Origin: an uncultured Eubacteriales bacterium
Lineage (GTDB): Bacteria > Bacillota > Clostridia > Christensenellales > UBA1242
Direction: 5' to 3'
NCBI GenBank assembly: GCA_948806215.1
Contig: CAQIDI010000001.1
Coordinates: forward strand, 9,115 to 73,114
DNA length: 64,000 nucleotides
Made by a program: the position numbers and the translations under genes. The notes beneath the pieces were generated by a model, which was not told the origin of the DNA, searched no databases, and saw only the letters and a list, made by a program, of their open reading frames with translations. Position 1 is the stretch's first letter; every line of letters begins with the position of its first letter. Below, one piece after another: positions 57,028-64,000 of this stretch.

Positions 57028-57879
57028 TTATGATTTATTTTTTTGTTTTTTTCTTACTGGTGCACCGCAAGAATAACAGCGACTAGCACCATAATTAAAT
57101 ATCGAACCACAATATGGACATTCATAGTAATCTTCTATTTTAGCTTCTGGTTCGGTGTTGTTTAAGTTGCGTTTAATTAATTTTGATGGTTTATCTAAAA
57201 TTTTGCTAATATTTCCGCAAGCAGAAATGTTAAATTCTTTAACCATTTCGTAAGTGGAAGCTTCGTTAAAGGTATAATCACCTTTTTCATCGTCGTGAAC
57301 TTCGCCATCTTCATCTATCCAAGAATATGCAATTTTATATAACGGAGTGCCGTTAACAATAACGCTTGGATTAATTGATATAAATTGAGCTACATATTTT
57401 TTGCCTTTTATCGAAACAATTATATATTTAACAAACTGCACTATAAACACAATTTCGGTTATCCAAAATCCCAAATCTGCTAATGTGAATATTGAGCAAC
57501 CCACTATTAACATATACGATGAAGAATCTATTTTATAATCTGCCTCACAGGAGTTAAATTTTTTATCGTATTTTACTTGTATCTTTTCTTTTTTCAGTAT
57601 TGATTGCGCTTGATAAATCCTATATCGAGAACTGGTTTTACCATAATAAGTGTTACCATCAACTTTAAAGCTATATTCAATATAATAAATTTTTTCGTCA
57701 TTTACTTTTATATTTGAATAAGCTCCCAATGCAGTTGCTTCTATTTGTGTTCCGTTCTTCATAATATTTTCGTATTTAAAATGCTCAGATATTTGTGGTA
57801 TCATAAAAAAAGCAGGCATAGAAAAAGCTATTGCAAAAACTAAGAAAAAGAAAAACATAAAAACTTTGGAATTTTTCAT
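57028..57879 (-). CDS. Membrane protein with DUF3592-like beta domains and a C-terminal zinc ribbon
   Basis: TM helix, beta-rich region, two central TM helices, second beta-rich region, CPYCGS...CYSCGAP four-Cys ribbon. ATG at 57879 follows AAGGA. Confidence 0.5.
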   Translation of the reverse strand: MKNSKVFMFFFFLVFAIAFSMPAFFMIPQISEHFKYENIMKNGTQIEATALGAYSNIKVNDEKIYYIEYSFKVDGNTYYGKTSSRYRIYQAQSILKKEKIQVKYDKKFNSCEADYKIDSSSYMLIVGCSIFTLADLGFWITEIVFIVQFVKYIIVSIKGKKYVAQFISINPSVIVNGTPLYKIAYSWIDEDGEVHDDEKGDYTFNEASTYEMVKEFNISACGNISKILDKPSKLIKRNLNNTEPEAKIEDYYECPYCGSIFNYGASRCYSCGAPVRKKQKNKS

Positions 57880-58013
57880 TTTGTACAATCCTTTTACAAT
57901 TGTTTAATATACTATATATATAATAACACTATATTTTGTTAAAATAAAGATTTTTTAATAAAATATTGTGGTAATATTTTACACAATTATTTTACCAAAA
58001 GTTATTATGCAAA

Positions 58014-58046
58014 CAATAAAAAAGAAGCGGTTTTACGCTCCTTTTT
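58014..58046 (-). terminator. Terminator after pnp
   Basis: Minus strand: ggagcg-taaaac-cgcttc followed by a T-run. Confidence 0.6.
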
Positions 58047-58071
58047 TTATTTTTGCATAGCACTTATAAAA

Positions 58072-60171
58072 CTATTTTTGTTCTACTGCTATTAATTTTA
58101 AATCAATTCTGCCTTTATCATCGATTTTAATTACTTCAACTTCAACTTTATCGCCAATGTTAACAACATCTTCAACTTTTTCAACGTGTTTTGTGCTTAG
58201 TTTTGAAATATGAATCATACCATCTTTGTTATAAGCAAAACTTACAAATGCACCAAACTTCATAATTTTTTCTACAGTTGCAGAATAAATTTTTCCAACT
58301 TCAACATCTTCTGCAATGCCTAAAATTATTTCTTTTGCTCTTTGGTTCATTTTAGCATCAACGCCAGCTACGCAAACTCTGCCATCGTCTTCAATATCAA
58401 TTTTAACACCGGTTTCTTCAATAATTTTGTTAATTACTTTTCCGCCACTACCAATAACATCTTTAATTTTATCTGGATTAATGTTAAATGTAATAATTTT
58501 TGGAGCGTATGGGCTAAGTTCTTTTCTTGGTTCGCTAATAACTTCTAGCATTTTATTTAAAATAAATAATCTGCCAACTCTTGCTTGTTCTAAAGCTGTT
58601 CTTAAAATGCTTTCGTCAATTCCTTTAATTTTTATGTCCATTTGAATTGCTGTAATGCCGTGTTCAGTTCCTGCAACTTTAAAGTCCATATCACCTAAGA
58701 AATCTTCTAAACCTTGAATATCGGTTAAGATTGCAACTTTATTTGATTCGGTATCTTTAATAAGACCCATTGCAACACCTGCTACTGGAGCTTTAATTGG
58801 AACACCTGCATCCATAAGTGCTAGTGTGCTACCACAAACGCTGGCTTGGCTTGTTGAACCATTACTGCTTAAAATTTCGCTTACAGTTCTAATTGCATAT
58901 GGGAATTCTTCTTCGGTAGGAAGAACTGGTAATAAACTTCTTTCTGCAAGTGCACCGTGACCAATTTCACGACGACCTGGACTTTTTAGTTGTTTAGCTT
59001 CGCCTGTTGAATATGGAGGCATATTATAGTGATGCATATAGCGTTTTTTAATGCCATCTTCTTCATCTAAGCCATCAAGAATTTGCATATCGCTAAGAGG
59101 TCCTAATGTGCAAGTTGTTAAGGCTTGAGTTTCGCCACGAGTGAACACGCCACTGCCGTGAACTCTTGGTAACACACCTGCTTCACACCAAATTGGGCGA
59201 ATTTCGGTGGTTTTTCTACCATCTGGGCGAACACCATCGTTTAGGATTTTAGCACGCATAACTTCTTTTTTAAGTTTATAAAGAGTATCTAAAATTTCAC
59301 GCTCTTTTTCTGGAAATATTTCAGCAAAGTGTGCTAAAACATCTTCATCCATTTTATCTTCTGCATCTTGGCGTTCGTAACGATCGAAGTGGCTCATAAC
59401 TTCTACAACTTGGTTGTAAGCATAGGCTCTAACTTCTTTTTCGATTTCTTCTGGAACTTGATAATATTCGATGTTTTCGCATTTTTTAACACCAAGTTCT
59501 TTAGCTATTTTTTCTTGGAACGCAACTTGTTTTTTAACTTCTTCGTGAGCAAACATAATGCCTTTTAACATTACTTCTTCGCTAACTTCTTTAGCACCTG
59601 CTTCAACCATTAAAATTGCTTCTTTAGTTCCAGCAACTGTTAAATCAATTTCGCTTTGTTCACGTTCTGCTTCGGTTGGATTAATAATATATTTTCCATC
59701 AATATAAGCAACATCAACGCTTCCTGTTGGTCCTGCAAAAGGAATATCGGAAATTGTTAATGCTAAACTTGAAGCAAACATTGCAATTGGTTCTGGAGCA
59801 ACATCTGGATCAACGCTAAGAGCTGTTGCAACAACCGATACATCGTTAAATAATCCTTTTGGGAATAATGGACGAAGCGGACGATCGATTAAACGACTTG
59901 TTAAAATTGCTTGGTCGCTTGGACGACCTTCTCTACGCTTGAATCCGCCAGGAATTTTTCCTACAGCATACATTTTTTCTTCAAAATCTACTCCTAATGG
60001 AAAAAAGTCTTGTCCCGGGCGTGGTGCTTTGCTCATTGTTGTGTTAACCATAACAACTGTATCGTTACATTTAACAATACAACTACCATTGCTTTGAAAA
60101 GCATATTTGCCAAGAGTTACTTCAACTTTTTTGCCACCAATAGTGGTTTCGAATTGTTTAACTTCTTTCAT
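58072..60171 (-). CDS. pnp: Polynucleotide phosphorylase
   Basis: Two RNase PH domains, KH (IGSGGKVINKI) and S1 domains. ATG at 60171 follows AAAGGAGAA. Confidence 0.95.
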   Translation of the reverse strand: MKEVKQFETTIGGKKVEVTLGKYAFQSNGSCIVKCNDTVVMVNTTMSKAPRPGQDFFPLGVDFEEKMYAVGKIPGGFKRREGRPSDQAILTSRLIDRPLRPLFPKGLFNDVSVVATALSVDPDVAPEPIAMFASSLALTISDIPFAGPTGSVDVAYIDGKYIINPTEAEREQSEIDLTVAGTKEAILMVEAGAKEVSEEVMLKGIMFAHEEVKKQVAFQEKIAKELGVKKCENIEYYQVPEEIEKEVRAYAYNQVVEVMSHFDRYERQDAEDKMDEDVLAHFAEIFPEKEREILDTLYKLKKEVMRAKILNDGVRPDGRKTTEIRPIWCEAGVLPRVHGSGVFTRGETQALTTCTLGPLSDMQILDGLDEEDGIKKRYMHHYNMPPYSTGEAKQLKSPGRREIGHGALAERSLLPVLPTEEEFPYAIRTVSEILSSNGSTSQASVCGSTLALMDAGVPIKAPVAGVAMGLIKDTESNKVAILTDIQGLEDFLGDMDFKVAGTEHGITAIQMDIKIKGIDESILRTALEQARVGRLFILNKMLEVISEPRKELSPYAPKIITFNINPDKIKDVIGSGGKVINKIIEETGVKIDIEDDGRVCVAGVDAKMNQRAKEIILGIAEDVEVGKIYSATVEKIMKFGAFVSFAYNKDGMIHISKLSTKHVEKVEDVVNIGDKVEVEVIKIDDKGRIDLKLIAVEQK

Positions 60172-60189
60172 AAAATTCTCCTTTTTATA

Positions 60190-60217
60190 AAACAAAAGGC
60201 GGAAGTTAACCGCCTTT
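60190..60217 (-). terminator. rpsO terminator / pnp leader hairpin
   Basis: aaaggcgg / ccgccttt 8-bp stem between rpsO and pnp; T-run on the minus strand. Confidence 0.7.
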
Positions 60218-60223
60218 AAAAAA

Positions 60224-60487
60224 TTATCTAATACCTAATTTTTTCTTAAGAGCACGACAAGCTTCTAGATCTTTCTTTTCGTAGTATTTCAAAAGGCTTT
60301 TACGATTGTTAACCATTTGAATTAAACCGCGACGTGAATGATTATCGTTAGGATTTACTTTTAAGTGTTCTGTTAGTTCTTTAATTCTAGCTGTTAAAAT
60401 TGCAATTTGAACACCGCAAGAACCTGTGTCGTTACTACTTTCTTGAAATTCTTTGATAACTTCTTGCTTTTTATCTTTCTTAATCAT
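60224..60487 (-). CDS. rpsO: 30S ribosomal protein S15
   Basis: 87 aa, DTGSCGVQIAILTARIKELTEHLK...HSRRGL signature; RBS aaggagg. Confidence 0.97.
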   Translation of the reverse strand: MIKKDKKQEVIKEFQESSNDTGSCGVQIAILTARIKELTEHLKVNPNDNHSRRGLIQMVNNRKSLLKYYEKKDLEACRALKKKLGIR

Positions 60488-60612
60488 AACATTGTTCCTC
60501 CTTAAAATTTAGCTAATAACCACGGATAGCGTAATGTTTGAGGATAAGCGCAATCCCTAGTTAAAAGTACCAAGTAAATATTATCATAACCTAGTTTAAT
60601 TGTAAAGAATAT

Positions 60613-62037
60613 TTATTTGCTTTTATTAAAAAATTCTTGTTTTTTAGCAATCATTTCTTGCACCCTAGAAATATAATCGCTAAGGTTTTTAACATTTGGT
60701 TGCCTTTCTATGCGATTTTGTAAACTATAAAATCGTTTTGAAATAGCGTTAGCTCCGCAAGCTATAACCGATGCAACTTCTTCCATTGTGTCGATATTAA
60801 AAATGCACTCGGTTTTAGGTTTTGCGTAACCAATGTTTTCTAAATTGCCTATCATATTTTTTTGTTTATATAAGTAATATGGAAAATAATTGTTTTTAAT
60901 TAGAGTTGAATATGCATAATCCACCATTTTTCCAACTTCTAACTCGTTAGTTAAACTTTTATTTTCTTCTTCGCTAAGTTCGCTTGTTCGCTTAACGCTT
61001 AAAGTGTGAACTGTTATATTTTGCGGATTTAACTCTAAAGTTTTGGTTAAAGATTTTTTAAAAGTTAAAAAACTTTCGTTTTTTAGCCCTGCAATTAAAT
61101 CCATATTAATTTCGAAGTTATATGGCTTTGCTAAGTTATAAGTTTTAATTATATCCTCGCTGGTGTGTTCTCTACCTATTAATTTTAATGTTTTATTTGA
61201 AAAAGTTTGAGGATTAATGCTAATGCGAGTTACATTATGTTTTTTTAAAACATCAAGTTTTTCTTTGGTTATTGTGTCTGGTCTGCCCGCTTCAACTGTG
61301 AACTCTTTAACAGGATAATTTAGTTCGCTTAAAATTTTATCTAAATTTTCGGCACTAAGCGAAGTTGGTGTTCCGCCGCCTATATAAATGCTTTTAACAA
61401 TGTAATTATTATTTTTTATTATTTGTTTAGCCGCCCTAATTTCGGTTATTAACGCATTAACATAAGGAGTTATGAATTGCTCACATTTATTTAATGGAAC
61501 AGATATAAAACTGCAATAATAACATTTGCTAGTGCAAAATGGAATGTTAACATAAAAATCGATTAAGTTATCGTTAATTTCCATTTTAGTTTGATGTTTA
61601 ACTGTTTCGTAAACAACTTCGGCTTTTTGTGGACTAACATAATATTTAGAAATTAATTGATTTTTAGCAAGAATGGCACTACCAAATTCTTTTTTTAATT
61701 CGTAAAACAATTTAGTTGGTCTAATGCCTGTTAGTGTGCCCCAAGGTAAAATTTTATTTGTGTAGCCTTGTAATGCTTCGTATAGCGCAATTTTGCAATA
61801 TTGTTTTTTATATTTTGTTACATTATTTAGTTCTTGTTTTGATAAAACAGTTGTTTTTGAGTGTGAAAAAGGTTTTTCCCCAACAATGCTAATAGTGTTA
61901 TGCAAAGTGTTAAAATCAAGCGTTATTTCTTGATTTATTTGTTCTTTGCATTGCTCTATTTCTTTTGCGGAATAAAACAATTTTAATATTAATAATAGTT
62001 CATCAAATAAATAATTATCGTTTGTAGTAAATTTCAT
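60613..62037 (-). CDS. hemZ: HemN-like oxygen-independent coproporphyrinogen oxidase family radical-SAM protein (HemZ type)
   Basis: CTSKCYYC radical-SAM triad, GGGTP motif, position right after relA. Start is uncertain (ATG 62037 versus TTG 62070). Confidence 0.65.
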   Translation of the reverse strand: MKFTTNDNYLFDELLLILKLFYSAKEIEQCKEQINQEITLDFNTLHNTISIVGEKPFSHSKTTVLSKQELNNVTKYKKQYCKIALYEALQGYTNKILPWGTLTGIRPTKLFYELKKEFGSAILAKNQLISKYYVSPQKAEVVYETVKHQTKMEINDNLIDFYVNIPFCTSKCYYCSFISVPLNKCEQFITPYVNALITEIRAAKQIIKNNNYIVKSIYIGGGTPTSLSAENLDKILSELNYPVKEFTVEAGRPDTITKEKLDVLKKHNVTRISINPQTFSNKTLKLIGREHTSEDIIKTYNLAKPYNFEINMDLIAGLKNESFLTFKKSLTKTLELNPQNITVHTLSVKRTSELSEEENKSLTNELEVGKMVDYAYSTLIKNNYFPYYLYKQKNMIGNLENIGYAKPKTECIFNIDTMEEVASVIACGANAISKRFYSLQNRIERQPNVKNLSDYISRVQEMIAKKQEFFNKSK

Positions 62038-62041
62038 ATGT

Positions 62042-64000
62042 TTAACTATTTCTACCAATTTGAATAACAAAGCTTAAAGGTTCTAAGCGTTTAATAACAT
62101 TATCAAGTTCTTCTTTATCTTTAACATTTAATTGAACAGTTATTTTTGTTTCGCTTGCTGATATTTGTTTTGTGTATATGCCACAAATGTTTATTTTCAT
62201 ATCGCCAATTCGTTTTGATAGCTGTGCTAAAACATTTGGAGTGTTAGCACAAATCAAAGTTATAGAACCAACAAAATTATCGGCGTTTTTAATGTTCCAC
62301 TCGCAATCTAATAGTCTATCGGTTTCATATGCTTTAAGGCTTTTACAATCGCCACGATGAATAGTTACACCCTTACCACGAGATACATAACCAATTATGC
62401 TATCACCCGGCAGCGGATTGCAACATTGTGCGAATTTAGTTAATAAATTAGAAAAGCCTAAAAAAGAAACTTTATCTTTCGAATTGTTTTTTATTTGTTT
62501 TTCTTTAATAACAACTAGTGGTTTTTCTTCTGCAAGTTGCTTTTTATGTTCAATATCTCGTAGTTTTGCGACAATTTGTGCACTTGTTACGCCACCATAA
62601 CCTATTGATGCATAAACATCGTCTAAACTTTCGAAAGTGAAATTTTCGTAAAGAATTTCTAAGTTTTCAGAAGTGAAAAGTTTGCTAAAGCTAATGCTTT
62701 TAGATTTTAAAAAACTATCTAGCATTACTTTGCCTTTTTTAATATTTTCTTCCTTCATTTCCTTTTTAAAGAAACTATTAATTTTAGACCTTGTTGAAGA
62801 ACATTTGCATAGCTTTAACCAATCGCGGCTAGGACCTTTTGTGTTTGGATTTGTGATTATTTCTACAACATCGCCATTGTTTAATGGAGTTGTTATTGGA
62901 ACAAGTTTTCCATTTATTTTGCAACCAACACAAGAGTGCCCAACTTTTGTGTGAATTGCATAAGCAAAATCAATAGGATTTGCTCCTTCTGGAAACTGAA
63001 TAACTTTTCCGTTAGGAGTTTGAACAAATATTTTATCGGAATAAACATCGGTTTTTAATGCATCAATCAAATCCTCGTTAGAAGATTTTTTATAAAGTTC
63101 CATAATAGAACGAATATAATTTAATTTTTGATCGGATTCGTTTACTTTTCGATGTTCCTTATATGCCACGTGAGAAGCAAAACCATATTCGGCATACTTG
63201 TGCATATCACGAGTTCTAATTTGAATTTCTAGCGGATCGCCATTTTCAACTATTACTGTTGTATGAAGCGACTGGTAACCATTTTGCTTTGGTTGAGCAA
63301 TATAATCTTTAAAATGCTCGATTGGCGGATATATTCCGTGAATTTTTCCAAGCATTGCATAGCACTCGTCAATATTATCAACAAGCACCCTAACTGCTAA
63401 AATATCTAATACTTGGCTAACATCTTTATCCTTCCATATCATTTTTTTATAGATAGAATAAAGTTCTTTATGTCTACCATAAACTTCGGCATTAATGTTA
63501 GAAGACCTTGCTTCTTCCCTAATTTTTTTAACAGAAAGTTCAATTTGATTTTTACGCTCGTCAATGTAGTCGTTAAGTTGTAATGTTAGTTTTTTATATT
63601 GTTCAGGCTTATAATATTTAAACAGTTCGTTTTCCATATAGTTTTTAATAAAGCCCACACCAATGGTTGCCGATAATGGAGCATAAATTTCGTTAACTGT
63701 TTTTAAAAATAGTTCCCTTTCTGCTTCTGATAGTTTATCGCGATTTTTTAACTTTGTGGCTTCGATGCAAAGCTTTAAAATAATAACTCTAATATCTTCG
63801 GCAAGTGCTATAAACATTTGTCTAACAGAATCCATTGTGGATTCTTTTGTGTTAACATTAATTTGTTCTATTTTTAAAATATTAGATAACATTTTTGCAA
63901 TGTTTTCGCCAGCTTTTTGTTTAATATCATTTAAAGATATTACTCCGCATTTTAGATATGGATAGTATATTGCAGAAACAATAGAATCGTAATCCCCTAA
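62042..64000 (-). CDS. relA: Bifunctional (p)ppGpp synthetase/hydrolase RelA/SpoT homologue (N-terminus runs off the window)
   Basis: Frame stays open to base 64000 (LGDYDSIVSAIYYPYLK... belongs to the HD domain). Synthetase motif (GYQSLHTTV, EIQIRTRDMH, AEYGFASH), TGS and ACT domains. Confidence 0.9.
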   Translation of the reverse strand, partial: LGDYDSIVSAIYYPYLKCGVISLNDIKQKAGENIAKMLSNILKIEQINVNTKESTMDSVRQMFIALAEDIRVIILKLCIEATKLKNRDKLSEAERELFLKTVNEIYAPLSATIGVGFIKNYMENELFKYYKPEQYKKLTLQLNDYIDERKNQIELSVKKIREEARSSNINAEVYGRHKELYSIYKKMIWKDKDVSQVLDILAVRVLVDNIDECYAMLGKIHGIYPPIEHFKDYIAQPKQNGYQSLHTTVIVENGDPLEIQIRTRDMHKYAEYGFASHVAYKEHRKVNESDQKLNYIRSIMELYKKSSNEDLIDALKTDVYSDKIFVQTPNGKVIQFPEGANPIDFAYAIHTKVGHSCVGCKINGKLVPITTPLNNGDVVEIITNPNTKGPSRDWLKLCKCSSTRSKINSFFKKEMKEENIKKGKVMLDSFLKSKSISFSKLFTSENLEILYENFTFESLDDVYASIGYGGVTSAQIVAKLRDIEHKKQLAEEKPLVVIKEKQIKNNSKDKVSFLGFSNLLTKFAQCCNPLPGDSIIGYVSRGKGVTIHRGDCKSLKAYETDRLLDCEWNIKNADNFVGSITLICANTPNVLAQLSKRIGDMKINICGIYTKQISASETKITVQLNVKDKEELDNVIKRLEPLSFVIQIGRNS

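Overview
AT-rich window (roughly 30% G+C by eye, standard code 11) from an endospore-forming Firmicute, Clostridia-like by gene content and order. It is almost entirely conserved chromosome backbone. I called about 56 CDS, 7 tRNAs and one decayed pseudogene. No CRISPR array, transposase, prophage block or recognisable restriction, toxin-antitoxin or defence gene is visible. The backbone blocks, in order: dacF-like/M50 protease/scpA/scpB/ytfI-like/ytfJ/dacB-like/rluB/cmk/plsC/dCMP deaminase/LtaS-like. Then a six-tRNA operon, spoIIAA-spoIIAB-sigF, spoVAC-AD-AE, yunB, a NifS-like desulfurase with thiI, rny, tRNA-Trp and rnhA. On the minus strand: miaB-mutS-mutL-miaA, recA-cinA-pgsA-rimO-ftsK, pdaB-like, pnp-rpsO and hemZ-relA. 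I did not find a convincing undescribed multi-gene system, and I regard most of the window as ordinary. Three leads are worth a look. (1) A markedly AT-richer two-gene module at 12.07-13.49 kb pairs a Qnr/MfpA-like pentapeptide-repeat protein with an HhH-GPD-like putative DNA glycosylase. (2) An AT-rich islet at 35.86-38.82 kb beside lexA holds a DUF45 HExxH hydrolase, a 299-aa orphan and a long Xer-family recombinase. (3) A PadR-type regulator at 33.78-35.67 kb is fused to a long acidic linker and a polytopic membrane domain. Lesser observations: a decayed XRE-HTH/Nudix pseudogene; an Asn-rich lipoprotein between the spoIIA and spoVA operons; a convergent switch in gene polarity at about 29.6-39.6 kb; LexA boxes at lexA and recA; and a stack of hairpins at 36.56-36.72 kb. 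All functional calls come from motif recognition by eye, since no database search was possible.
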